From: Octopus vulgaris
Taxonomy: Eukaryota
Reading direction: 5' to 3'
DNA length: 64,000 bases
Assembly (NCBI GenBank): GCA_951406725.2
Contig: OX597839.1
Coordinates: 39,680,001-39,744,000 of the forward strand
The position numbers and the translations under genes are program-made. Positions within the stretch are counted from its first letter, which is position 1; each line of letters starts with the position of its first letter. The notes beneath the pieces were generated by a model that was not told where the DNA came from, did no database searches, and saw only the letters and a list, made by a program, of their open reading frames with translations. Of the stretch, positions 12,675 through 26,244 are shown in pieces.

Positions 12675-14070
12675 TCCTTTCTACTATAGGCACAAGGCCT
12701 GACATTTTGGGGAAGGGGGCCAGTCTATTAGATCGACCTCAGAACGCAACTGGTACTTTATTTATCGACCCGAAAAGATGAAAAGCAAAGTCGGCCTCGT
12801 CGAAATTTGAACTCAGAACGTAAAGGCAAACCAAATGCCGCTTCCCAATTCTGTCCGGCGTGCGAACGATTCTGTCAGCTTGATAATGATAAGGTTTCTA
12901 ATTCTGTCTCAAGGCCAGCAGTGTTGAAAGGAATGTTAGCAACATCATCGATCCAAGTACTTGACTGGTGTACTTTATCGAATTTAAAATAAAAAAAAAT
13001 TAAATTAAATTTAAAAAAATGGCAAAGTTGATCTCTGCCGGGATTTGAACCCGGTGCGTAATGGGTCGGAAAAATACCGTAAAGCACTTTTTTCGACTGG
13101 CTAACAGTTCTCGTTCGCTGTTTTTGTTTCAAATTTTGACTGAAGGTCAGCGGTTTTAAGGGGAAGGAGGCTAAGATGATATAATCGGCCCTAGTATAAA
13201 ACTGGTACTTTATTCCTTCGACCTACGAAGAAAGTAAGGCAAAAGGTCGCCCAAGTGAGATTTGAACTTGGAGCGTAAGGGGTCGGAAGAAATACCGCAC
13301 AAATTCCCCCTCGTAGATTATGGAAAATCACGTTATCGATCTCCAGACGGGGAATAAGAATAAGAAAAAGAGAAAAGGAAAAGAGAAAATAAGAACTGCC
13401 CTTGAAGGGATTTGAACGCGGAAACTATTGACTGAAATAACGAGAAGCATTTTGATGTCCTGCACGTGACATTTATCATAAAAGTATTTGGTTTTTTTTT
13501 TAATAAATAGAGAAATATTAATTCTTTTAATTGTTGGTACGAGGCCACAAATATTTTGAGGGGAGGGGGAAGACAATTGTATCGACACCAACATTTAAAT
13601 GGTAATTATTTTATCGGCCCTGAAAGGATTAAAAGGTAAAGTCGACCTCGGTAGAATTCGAACTCAGAACGTAAAGAGTCAGAAAACATGCAGCTAAGCA
13701 TTTTGTCCGACGCGCTAACAACAACAATAGTTTCTAATAAAGCTACAATGACAGCAATTTTGAGGGTTGGGTTTGGACGATTCTATCGGCCCCAGTACGT
13801 GACTGGTACTTCCTTTTATCGACTCCAACGGGATGAAAGGCCGAGTAGACCTCAGCAGGATTTGAACCCAGAATGCAAAGAACCGGAAGATAAACAGCTT
13901 TGGCATATTGCCTGACTGTCTATAACATAAATAAGTATAAGAACATTGACCTACGACGTATTTAACTGGTATAATGTTTTATTTTAGAGAACTTCACTCC
14001 TTCATCCTGCACCGGAAATAAAATGAGCATGATGATGAAATCGACTGAGGTGTGATTCGAACTCAAAAAC
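10930..14070. mobile_element. Dense cluster of SINE family C copies (more than a dozen, mostly minus strand), including tandem array 11724-12308
   Basis: Recurrent TCGACCCCGAAAGGATGAAAGGCAAAGTCGACCTCGGCGGAATTTGAACTCAGAACG; plus-strand copy 11077-11300 with A/B-box head GGCGGCGAGCTGGC...GAGTTCAAATTCC. Confidence 0.85.
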
Positions 14071-14656
14071 AGAATAGGCTGAGTTTAAAAAACAATGTGT
14101 ACACACATACACACGTGCCAATATATACTCACACATACACACCGAAACGTGTGTGTGTGTGAGTGTATATATTTATATATCAACTTACATGCTCTGTGTG
14201 AGTGTATATATATATATATATATAACAATGTATACAAATATAGATGTGTGCGCACATGTAGACACCTGTTGGTGCATATTCATATGTTGGTATGTGTGTG
14301 TGTTTATTATATATATATATACACACACGCATATATATATGCATATACATACATGTATGTATGTGTGTACCTGTGTGTGAACTCGCTAAAACGTACCATA
14401 TATATATATATATACACACACATTATATAACGTAAACAATCTCGGCAAGAATTGAGTTTAGTCACCCATATGGATTTCAAGTATAGGACCACAAAATATA
14501 CATACATAGATACACACACACATATATATATATACACATATATATATATACACACACACACATGCAAACACGCGCGTCGCGGAGAGACCACCACACTGAT
14601 AAACCACAGAACGTAATAATTCCAAATCCAAACTTAAGTAAAACTACGGCACCTAC

Positions 14657-14710
14657 CTGTGTGATGAAAAAACAGACGAGCAGAGACGAAACACCGTTTA
14701 ATGTATCCAT
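14657..14710 (-). CDS. Probable first coding exon encoding a signal-peptide-like N-terminus (MDTLNGVSSLLVCFFITQ); rest of gene not identified
   Basis: In-frame TAA two codons upstream, Kozak-type AGAATGG, hydrophobic LLVCFFI, strong donor CAG|GTAGGT (14656-14651); non-repetitive UTR-like sequence upstream. Confidence 0.5.
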
Positions 14711-15288
14711 TCTTTAAGATAGATCCACAGAAAAATTTGGCGTATTATTTATTTTTTTTTATATATATATTCCTTTCTCTCTCCTTTGCTCTAATATTTA
14801 TTTTTATATAATAATAATAAATAAATTCCTTCTGCCTGTCTTCACTGTTGGCACATATTTAGTTGGCGGTTGCAAGAATTCTGCGCTAAAATCTTTCCTT
14901 ACATTTCACTTTAGTTTTCCGCTTGTGAATTCATTCTTCTTCTTCTTCTTACCACTTGTTTACTGCTGTTGTTGTGGTTGTTGTAGTTGTTGCTGTTGTA
15001 CTTTTTTTTTTTTTTTTGTAATGCTGGGATGTTCAGAATCTCTGTTGAGTTTCTTCCGTGTTTGTTTTGTTGTTTCTTTTTTTTTTTTTGGATTTATTAT
15101 TATTATTTTTTATTTGTTTATCAACCTTCTTTCGCTCTTTTCGCTTATAACCTTAGCTAAACGTATATGTCCGTGTGTGCGTGTACATGTGCGCCAGTGT
15201 GTGTATAGGCGTGTGTACGTGCATCAGTATGTGTGTGCGTGCAAGCACTATGTGCATGCACAAGTGTGTGTGTATGTATGTATGTATG

Positions 15289-15334
<46 letters not shown>

Positions 15335-16322
15335 CAGTGCTAATATCAGATGTACGTAGGTATGTGTGTATACCCTAGACCGGTGTGTGGGTGTGTATAT
15401 ATGTATGTATATATATATATATATATATATAAGCAGCGCTAATATCAGATATACGTAGGTATGTGTGTATATCCTAGACCGGTGTATATATATATATATA
15501 TATATATATACAGCTCTGCTGGTATCGGAAAGTGTATGAGTCTGTCCGAGTGTATGTGGTGGTGTATGTGTGCGTACTGGTACTGTGTATGTATATGTGT
15601 TAGTGTGTATATAGATTTGGGAGTTATGTGTGTGTGTGTATGGGTATGTGTGTGTATGTATGTGCAAGTATCGAAAGTTAAGTGTACGGATGTATACGTG
15701 TCAGAGCTTAACTACGTGAGTGTAGAAAAATGTGCGTGTTTTGTTTTTTAATGTTAGGTGTGGTGGGTGTGTCCGATTATTTGGATGTGTGCTCCGTGTG
15801 TATATATCTGGTAGTGTATGTATGTATGTATGTATGTATGTATGTATGTACATGTATGTATGTATGTATGTATGTATGTATGTATGTATGTGTGTGTGTG
15901 TGTGTGTGTGTGCGTGCGTAATCAACGTGCGTGGAGTACGGGTGAGTTAGGGGTAGCTACATGTAGTTCGTGTGTAACTGGGTGCGCTCAAGCGTGAGGG
16001 CATGTGCGTGCATCAACATACATACATACATACATACATACATACATACATAAAAACTTACATAAAGAGCGGTAGACGAGAGAGAGAGAGAGAAAGACGG
16101 AGATGGAGAGAGAGAGAGAGAAGTAGAAAGCGTGTGTGCGAGTGTATATAAGTATACGCAGAGCGCAGGAGCGTTTACCGGCGTATTCAACAGGTTTTTA
16201 TGGTTTTATGGTTGGGAAAAAAAATTATGCACACACACACACACAAACAGGCATGCATATTCATCATAGATACGTGTGAGTGATGGTGAGTGAGAGTGGA
16301 TGTGTGTGCCATGTGTGTGAGG

Positions 16323-16353
<31 letters not shown>

Positions 16354-16354
16354 T

Positions 16355-16386
<32 letters not shown>

Positions 16387-16698
16387 ATAATATAATAGTA
16401 TATATAATAGTTTTGTGTGTGACTGTTTATATATATGTGTGTGTGTGTATATATATATAATACTTTTGAGTGTGTATGACTGTTTATATATATATATGTA
16501 TATATGTGTGTGTATATATATGTGTATGTGTGTGCGTATATATGTGTAAATATATATATATATATATGTGCGTGTGTGTGTGCGTGTGCGTATAGATGTG
16601 TAAATATATATATATAAATACTTTTGCGTGTGTATGACTGTTTATATATATATGTGTGAATATATATGTAAATACTTATGTGTGCGTGTGTGGTTGCT

Positions 16699-16731
<33 letters not shown>

Positions 16732-17021
16732 TTATATATATTACTGGGGGGAAAGAGAAGTGACTCAAACTGGGAGACGAGAAGGGCTCTCGAGGAAAGA
16801 TATGTGATATAGAGACGAGAGAGAGAGAGAAGGTGAGAGAGAGAAAATGAGAAAGATATAGAAGGGAGAGTAAGGGGAGAGCGAGAGAAAGAGAGAAAGA
16901 GATTGTGTGAGAAATCGGAGTGAGAGAGAAAGTGAGAGGAAGATAGGCAAAGACACGGTCGCGCGCGCGCGTTTGTATTTGCTTGTGTATGTGTGTATAT
17001 CTCTGTGTGTGTGTGTTTGCT

Positions 17022-17060
<39 letters not shown>

Positions 17061-17366
17061 ATTGATATTTATTGATGATGGTTATCGCTTTTATCTTAGT
17101 TATGTGAATACACACACACACACATATATAGATATATATAAGCTTACGTATATATAAGTGTGTGCGATGTGTATAAGAGTGTGTGTGTGTGTGTGTGTGT
17201 GCGTGTGTGTGTACGAGAGCGTGTGTGACTCTATCATACACTCTATACTCCTATGTAACATAACTGTAATATTTTATGCTTTATTGATACAACACTATCA
17301 ATAGGGTACATCGTAGAACATGAATCTATGTATGTACGTACGTGCGTAGTTACACACACACACATA

Positions 17367-17800
<434 letters not shown>

Positions 17801-18092
17801 TTATACACACGTATATTAAAAAAAAGGCGTTTGCAATATATATAAAGTTTTTGGGCGATGCTATATTTATACTTATAGTTATATTAACAATATGTTTATC
17901 AGTTCATCGGTCTATCTATCCATCTATCTATCTATTTAAGTTTAGCTTGCTAGCTGTTTTTTTCCACCCGCCGCTTCATGCATCCGTCTATCTATATCTA
18001 GCAACTTGTGTACCGGTTTCTTCAGTGCAAAATCGATTAATGGAACATATTTGCATATATTAAAATATATATTTATGCACACGCACACACAC

Positions 18093-18168
<76 letters not shown>

Positions 18169-18353
18169 GCTGTATATTTGTATATATTTATATAAAGTGT
18201 TTATATATATACATATATGTATATACATACATATACATATATCTATATATATGTATACATATATTTACACATGTATATATATACATATATGTACATACAT
18301 ATATATATACAAATATATACACACACACACACACACATATATATACAAATATG

Positions 18354-18416
<63 letters not shown>

Positions 18417-18547
18417 GCACATATGTGTGAGTGGCGATATACTATATATATATATATATATATATACATGTGCGTGTGTGTGAATTTATATTGACTAGTT
18501 TGATCTGACCTTTGTTACTATAAATAGCAATCACATTGTTTATATCA

Positions 18548-18589
<42 letters not shown>

Positions 18590-18632
18590 ATTTAACAATG
18601 CAATATGTATACAAAGACAAGCATTATTTCTA

Positions 18633-18681
<49 letters not shown>

Positions 18682-18799
18682 GGGTGCTTGGGTATCGCTT
18701 GCAAGACCAAGGGACAGCAACAGGAAAGTTCTCTAAGATGCAGATCGGAGTATTTTTTCTTCTATCTTTTGCCTTTTTTTTTATTTGTTTTATACATTA

Positions 18800-19258
18800 A
18801 GACTGCGGCCATACTGGAGCACCAACGTGAAGAATTGTCAGGCGACTGAATTGATCGTTGGTAGTTTTTTCTTTTTAAGCCGCCTGGTGCTTATTCTATC
18901 GGAGCTCTTTCGCCGAACTGCTAAGTTACGTGGACGTAAACACACCAACACCGACACACAAATACAACGGGCTTCCTTTAGTTTCCGTCCACCAAATCTT
19001 CTTAGGCGACTGAATTGATCCTGTGTATTTTTTTAAAGCCTGGTGCTTATTCTATCGGGTTGTTTCGCCGAACTGCTAAGTTACGTGGACGTAAACACAC
19101 CAACACCGACACACATATACAACGGGCTTCCTTTAGTTTCCGTCCACCAAATCCACTCACAAGGCTTTTGGTCGGCACAAGATTATAGTAGGAGACACTT
19201 GCCCGAGGTGTCACGCATTGAGACTGAACCCAGAACCATGCGGTTAAGGAGCAAGCGC
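18800..19258 (-). mobile_element. SINE family B, diverged, with internal tandem duplication
   Basis: Segment AGGCGACTGAATTGATC...CCACCAAATC is repeated (18840-18998 / 19004-19153). Confidence 0.7.
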
Positions 19259-19499
19259 CTTTTCATTCCTTCCTTGTACTGTATTTTTTGAGTAACCAAA
19301 GGTTCGTCTGTGTGCAAGGTGCTCTTTTCCAGAAAAAGGGCCGATACAACTTGGCACCAGTATCTTCTGCAGGTCTTTAGGTCAAAACCTCAGGGACCCA
19401 GAACAATAAAACTCTCTCTCTACCAATCTCTTTCTCTCGTAGTCTCTCTATCCATTCACCTATCTATATCTCTACCATTGTACCCGTCTATCTACGAGA

Positions 19500-19667
19500 T
19501 GTCTATCCATATTACTATATCCATCTATCTACCCGTCTAGCTTTCTACCTACCCGTCCATCCAGCTTTCTATCTTTCTATCTATCTATCACTTTCTCTCT
19601 CTCTCTCTATCTATATATCCCTTTCTCTCTGTCTATCACTTTCTCTCTGTCTATCACTTTCTCTCTG

Positions 19668-19741
<74 letters not shown>

Positions 19742-19742
19742 A

Positions 19743-19782
<40 letters not shown>

Positions 19783-19847
19783 ATCTATCTATCAATCTAT
19801 CTATCTATCACTTTCTCTCTGTCTATCTATCTATCTATCTATCACTT

Positions 19848-19886
<39 letters not shown>

Positions 19887-19982
19887 ACCTACCTACCTAC
19901 CTACATACCTACCTACCTACCTACCTACCCATCCATCCATCTATCTATCCATCCATCTATATATGTCTATATATCTACATAC

Positions 19983-20054
<72 letters not shown>

Positions 20055-20080
20055 GTCTGTCTATACATCTATACAGCTAC
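19500..20080. repeat. Compound (TCTA)n/(TC)n/(CCTA)n/(TA)n microsatellite
   Basis: Direct inspection. Confidence 0.9.
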
Positions 20081-20142
20081 TCATCCATCTATTTGGATCT
20101 TGAGATACAATCGAAAGAAGAGGGAGAGAGAGAATGAGACAA

Positions 20143-20194
<52 letters not shown>

Positions 20195-20641
20195 CGATAG
20201 TGTGTGTGAGAAAGAGAGGTGGGGAGGGGGAGGGAGGGGGTAACAACAATCACTTCCTTCGAACGTTCTTGAAGTTTTCCCTGCTGACATTTTGGTCTTC
20301 TGTTGTTAAATACTCTCTTCATTTTCCCCAGCTTGGAATACGATGTGCGTAGCAGTACAGTCTTAGTAGTAGTAGTAGTAGCAGTAACAGTAGGAACAGT
20401 AGTAGTAACAGTAGTAACAGCAGCAGCACTCTAGTAGTAGTAGAAGTAATAGTAGTATTAGTAGTAACAATTGTTGAATAGTTGCAGTATTGTAGTAATA
20501 GTAGTAGTAGTAGTAATAGTAGTTATTGATATATTGAAATCCCATTTGGGATCAACTTTGCTTTTCATCAAACCGGATTCGATAAAGTAATTACCAGTTA
20601 AGTGCTGGGGTTGATTTAATCGACTGACTACTGGCTTTCTG

Positions 20642-20698
<57 letters not shown>

Positions 20699-20879
20699 CA
20701 TATTACTCATACATATCCACGCATAAATATACACACACACATATGTATATATATAAACACACACACACACATATATATATAAACACATATGTATATATAT
20801 AAACACATATAATATATAGAGAGAGAGATATACAAAAAACACACATATTTATATACATATACTATATATATACATATAC

Positions 20880-20936
<57 letters not shown>

Positions 20937-20994
20937 GTAAATATAAGAGAGTTACCCTTTAATATCTAATTTTTCACCCTCATTTATGAATTTA

Positions 20995-21047
<53 letters not shown>

Positions 21048-21109
21048 ACACACATATATTCACACACACACACACACACACACTTTTAGTAGTTTGGACT
21101 GGAGGACTG

Positions 21110-21530
21110 TGGACATACTGGAGCACCGCTTATGCAACGATTAATGGATTTCAAGATGTCGGTTGGTCTGGAGTCATAGAAAATAGGTTATCCGGCTTCT
21201 TCTTGAATACAGTTGCATCCGCTCCCTGTAGATCTCCCGTTTCCTGGGCGAGATATTAAAAAAAGCTATGGACCTTTGAACCTTAGGGTACTGCAGTATG
21301 TGGACTTGATTTTCGTTGAGGAAGCTTCGATCGTTGGGACTGCGTTTGGGGATGAGTTTAAGGATGGGCAAATCTCCTAATACCAAAGTTTGAAGCAAAA
21401 TCCTTCAGAGATTTCCCATGTATAGATTACCGCATATCTTTCCGATCTATTCCTCAGCGAGTTGAGTTTTAATGCTTTCATCCTCCCTCAGTCGCTTAGC
21501 TGTTGCATCACGATGATCCGCATGAAGCAT
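21110..21530 (-). mobile_element. CR1/L2-group LINE 3' remnant (degenerate ORF2 C-terminus)
   Basis: Translates as MKALKLNSLRNRSERYAVIYTWEISEG...GADATVFKKKPDNLFSMTPDQP with stops and frameshifts; ends in a GCGGTGCTCCAG tail. Confidence 0.75.
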
Positions 21531-21546
21531 CTGCTGCAAGAGTAAT

Positions 21547-21955
21547 AGGCGCAGGAGGTGGCTGTGTGGTAAGTAGCTTGCTTACGAACCACACGGTTCT
21601 GGGTTCAGTCCCACTGCATGGCTCCTTGGGCAAGTGTCTTCTACCATAGCCTCGGGCCGACCAAAGCCGCGTGAGTGGATTTGGTTGACGGAAACTGAAA
21701 GAAGCCCGTCGTATATAAATGTATGTATATGTTTGTATGTCTAATTTTGCCCCCCCCCCCAACATCGCTTCACAACCGATGGTGGTGTGTTTACATCCCC
21801 GTAACTTAGCAGTTCGGTAAAAGAAACCGATAGAATAAGTACTAGGCTTACAAAGAATAAGACAAAGACACTTGCCCAAGGTACCACGCAGTGGGACTGA
21901 ACCCGGCACCATGTGGTTGATAAGCAAGCTACTTACCACACAACCACTTCTACGC
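21547..21955 (+). mobile_element. SINE family B (3'-truncated) fused to an inverted SINE B head (21867-21955)
   Basis: Head 21547-21640 is the reverse complement of 21867-21955. Confidence 0.8.
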
Positions 21956-21956
21956 C

Positions 21957-22154
21957 TGACCGCGTGTGTACCGTCGGCGATTTTTTCCCTCTGTCTTCCC
22001 TTCTCTGGATCTTTCCTTCTCCTATGTTTCCGACGAAGAGCTCCGCTCGAAACGTTAAACCCTCCTTCTTCCCTTCTTTCCTGAGCGTCCAATAAAACTA
22101 TATTTGTTCCACGTCCTCGCGTTGTTGTGTTTTTTTTGTGCTTTCTTGTTTGGA

Positions 22155-22160
<6 letters not shown>
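21957..22160 (+). mobile_element. Hammerhead-like (TA)n-flanked element, copy 2
   Basis: Motif at 22026-22060; followed by a long (TA)n. Confidence 0.7.
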
Positions 22161-22217
<57 letters not shown>

Positions 22218-22289
22218 ATTTGTCATGTGAACTACGATGAAACAAATATGAAAAAAATGTGGTATATATTTTTTTTTGTGCAGGGGATT

Positions 22290-22352
22290 CTTGAGACATG
22301 TAATTTATTTTAGGGGTTACGTAAGGGATAAAAAAATTTGAGAAAACCACTA
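22290..22352. mobile_element. Possible hAT-type MITE terminus
   Basis: AGGGGTTACG...AAAAAATTTGAGAAAACCACTA resembles the reverse complement of CAGTGGTTCTCAA-type termini; partner end not found. Confidence 0.35.
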
Positions 22353-22419
22353 AGCCTCCACTTGAGAACAATTATTTTCCACAAAAGCAACAAGGTTTCC
22401 TACTCTCTTAAACTGAACC

Positions 22420-22834
22420 TATTTCTTTATTACCCGTAAGGGGCTAAACACAGAGGGGACAAACAAGGACAGACATAGGTATTAAGTCGATTACATCGAC
22501 CCCAGTGCGTAACTGGTACTTAATTTATCGACCCCGAAAGGATGAAAGGCAAAGTCGACCTCGGCGGAATTTGAACTCACAACGTAACGCGGACGAAATA
22601 CCTATTTCTTTATTACCCACAAAGGGCTAAACACAGAGGGGACAAACAAGGACAGACATAGGTATTAAATCGATTACATCGACCCCAGTGCGTAACTGGT
22701 ACTTAAATTTATCGACCCCGAAAGGATGAAAGGCAAAGTCGACCTCGGCGGAATTTGATCTCACAACGTAACGCAGACGAAATACCGCTAAGCATTTCGT
22801 CCGGCGTGCTAACGTTTCTGCCAGCTCGCCGCCT
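22420..22834 (-). mobile_element. SINE family C dimer within a single TSD
   Basis: One full unit plus one head-truncated unit; direct repeat CCTACTCTCTTAAACTGAACC at 22399-22419 and 22832-22852. Confidence 0.9.
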
Positions 22835-23082
22835 ACTCTCTTAAACTGAACCGTCTCCAGTTCCGCTATCCTTTTGTACGTCAGTGTCGTCTTGGCAATG
22901 TGTCTGTGAAGTGGTTGCACCATAACTCGTATTTATTCAGGTCACATTACGAACTGCGAATCTGCAAATGCCATCTCTTCAGATCCTACGCATCCTGCTC
23001 GTGGAGTTGTTTGTGCTCTGATAATGACGGGCTTGGAATGTTCTAGCGTCATAAAAACTACCTGTTGTTGTATTCACCTCAT

Positions 23083-23420
23083 AGGCGCAGGAGTGGCTGT
23101 GTGGTAAGTAGCTTGCTAACCAACCACATGGTTCCGGGTTCAGTCCCACTGCGTGGCATCTTGGGCAAGTGTCTTCTGCTATAGCCCCGGGCCGACCAAT
23201 GCCTTGTGAGTGGATTTGGTAGACGGAAACTGAAAGAAGCCTGTCGTATATATATATATATATGTGTGTGTATATGTTTGTGTGTCTGTGTTTGCCCCCC
23301 TAGCATTGCTTGTACTGGGCTTACAAAGAATTAGTCCCGGGGTCGATTTGCTCGACTAAAGGCGGTGCTCCAGCATGGCCGCAGTCAAATGACTGAAACA
23401 AGTAAAAGAGTAAAGAGAGT
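23083..23420 (+). mobile_element. SINE family B with internal deletion
   Basis: Head AGGCGCAGGAGTGGCTGTGTGG through tail AAGTAAAAGAGTAAAGAGAGT. Confidence 0.85.
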
Positions 23421-23739
23421 ATATGTAGAATGCATTAAAATCATTACATTTACGGGTTTATTTACTGTACGAGAGATTATTATATGGCGAACCTAACTAG
23501 CCAGAGAAGGTTTTTGTATAACTAAGGACAAGTCCGATAGAGTCACTCCAAACAGCAATGGGCCATGACAGGTCCCTGTGTACCTTTGAGGTATCACACT
23601 TAGTTGCAATCATCTGACTCCTGTCTCTTGAAGTCATGCAACCACCCGTATTAATTTCACAGCTTTGCTGAGATCACAGTTTGTGACATACCACCTTGTG
23701 GTCGAATTTATCGAAGACTTTCACGATATATTGTGGGGG

Positions 23740-23935
23740 TGTGAGACGTTTTGTCACAGCTGTTTTGGCACCGCCTATTTTGCGTCATTAATTCGATGCT
23801 GGCCTATTTCACATCGCGAGGCGTTTTGGCACAGCTGTTTTGGTGTCGCTAAATCGACGCTGAGTTATTCCCATCGTGAGACGTTTTGGCACAGCTGTTT
23901 TGGCGCCGCCTATTTAGCGACGCTGATTCGAAGCT
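23740..23935. repeat. Three diverged ~60-75-bp tandem units with core GAGACGTTTTGGCACAGCTGTTTTGG
   Basis: Cores near 23743, 23818 and 23878. Confidence 0.75.
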
Positions 23936-24364
23936 GCTTTATTTGCCATGCGGCGTTTTAATGTTGGTTCGTTTCGAACCACTCGCTTCCACACTGTTTC
24001 CGCCTACCAAATTCGCTCTCACGGGCAATGATCGGCCCGAGACTATTGCAGTAGATATTTGCCCTAGGTGTTACTCAATGGGACTGAACTCGGAATCTCG
24101 TGGTTGCAAAGCAAGCTTCTTAACCACACGAACCATTTTTTTTTTTGGGGGGGGGGTGATCTTATATTTCTAGTTTGTAACAAACCTCTAACATTTAATA
24201 GTAATATCTATGTGATGCGCAGGTGAATATTGGTGGTGGCCAACTTGGACTGGCATTTGTGACGTGACCCTCAGTACAAATGCACATGGGTTTTGACACT
24301 GGTTCTGTATCTGCTGCAACTAAATCAGCTGCTGCACAGTATCTTATGCAATATTCAAATGCAT

Positions 24365-24684
24365 CTGGGATCGTTGTTGAAGGGGAGACTAACCGACCCC
24401 TTCACGATGTCATAGCTTCACTGAAGGCCTCCGTTGTTCAGGTGATGCCCGAAACGAAAAAAAAAAAAGGACCATTTAGCACAGGCGTGTCAACGAGTCC
24501 GGTCTCTCATTGAAACAGTCAACGAAGTTGAAGACGGATTTATAGAATAATCTAACTTACAAGAAAGCGTATCGAAAACATTTGCATGAATCTTTTTTTA
24601 TCAAAATACATTTGGATTTTTGGTAGATTAGAATTGCTTTATTAAATTACCAAATATATTCTCAAATCTTTCTTGCAACCTGTA
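24365..24684 (+). mobile_element. Tc1/mariner-superfamily transposon 3' remnant
   Basis: GIVVEGETNRPLHDVIASLKASVVQVM.../DHLAQACQRVRSLIETVNEVEDGFIE* matches a transposase C-terminus; ends ...CCTG-TA; related end at 34517-34732. Confidence 0.75.
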
Positions 24685-24728
24685 TATGTGTAAATATGTT
24701 TGCATGTGTGCCTGTGCATGTGTATATG

Positions 24729-24797
<69 letters not shown>

Positions 24798-25054
24798 TTA
24801 TGTATGTATATATATATATGTATTTATATATGTATATATACATATATATATATGTATTTATATATGTATATATATATATATGTATTTATGTATATGTATA
24901 TATATATATATGTGTATTTATGTATATGTACATATATATATGTATTTATGTATATGTACATATATATATATGTATTTATGTATCTATATATATATATATA
25001 TATTTATGTATGTATGTATATATATATATGCATGTATTTATGTATGTAACTATG

Positions 25055-25085
<31 letters not shown>

Positions 25086-25150
25086 ATATGTATATGTATG
25101 TATGTATGTATGTATATATATATATATGTATATATATATATGTATATATG

Positions 25151-25193
<43 letters not shown>

Positions 25194-25235
25194 GTATGTA
25201 TATATGTGTGTGTCTGTGTGTGTTTTAAAATTAAT

Positions 25236-25269
<34 letters not shown>

Positions 25270-25270
25270 A
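24684..25270. repeat. (TA/TG/TATG)n and (TAG)n microsatellite block
   Basis: Direct inspection. Confidence 0.95.
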
Positions 25271-25849
25271 ATGTAGTTTCAGCATCGCAGTTTTCTTTCC
25301 GCAAGAAGAATATCGACATTTTTCACTCAACAGCCATCCAAACACACATACAAACAAATACACCACACACACACACACACACACACACTTGCTTGCTGCT
25401 CGTCTGCCAAATCTCATAATACATTTGCGTATAATCTTTTACTGAGGCAAAAGGTTTATTTGGCCGTCTTTAATTGGGTACCAACCCACAGATATATTAA
25501 GTAATCTACCACTACGAGAGATGCCCTACACACGGGTAAGTCTCTTGGTCGAGAGTTTTTGCACTTGAAATGGCTTCGTGCAGAAAAACATTGCCCCCCC
25601 CCCCCCCTCTTACCGTAGCTCGGACTGAGTTTCTAGTGAACAGAGACAATTTGTCCCCTCTTCTTCATGCCCACAAAAACCCTTTTTATTGGGGCCTAAC
25701 ACAAGATTTGGGCTCCGTTAGGTTCCTGGTGCCTGTTTTTCAATTTCGAAGTTAAGAGCCTTTATTTGGAGATTTACAGCTGGTTACTGGTCTTTTAAGG
25801 TGTTTGATTGCTTTAAATGCTTCATCTTTTCTATCCATGATGAATATAT

Positions 25850-25886
<37 letters not shown>

Positions 25887-25889
<3 letters not shown>

Positions 25890-26118
25890 CCTGCATGGGA
25901 TGGATGCAGGTGTCTTCAAAACAAAAATGGATCTCCTTCTGTCAAGGGTTCCGGATGAACCTAACCCACGGCAGGAAACACAGACGAGGGCAGTAACACC
26001 AAACTCTCTTATTCATCAACCGCCCCACATAACAGGAGGCTTCAAGTAGTGAAAAATGTAGCAGAGCTAACGGCGGTGCTCCAGCATGGCCACAATTCTC
26101 AAGCTGAAACTAGTAAAA
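25887..26118 (+). mobile_element. CR1/L2-group LINE 3' end
   Basis: DLHGMDAGVFKTKMDLLLSRVPDEP...NSLIHQ then tail GGCGGTGCTCCAGCATGGCCAC...GAAACTAGTAAAAG. Confidence 0.75.
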
Positions 26119-26244
26119 GTGTGCATATATTCTTTTACTTGTTTCAATCATTTGATTGCGGCCTTGCTGGACGCGCGCACGCGAGCATACACACATTATA
26201 TACACACACGCACAAATATAAAAAATACTTTTGAATATATACAT

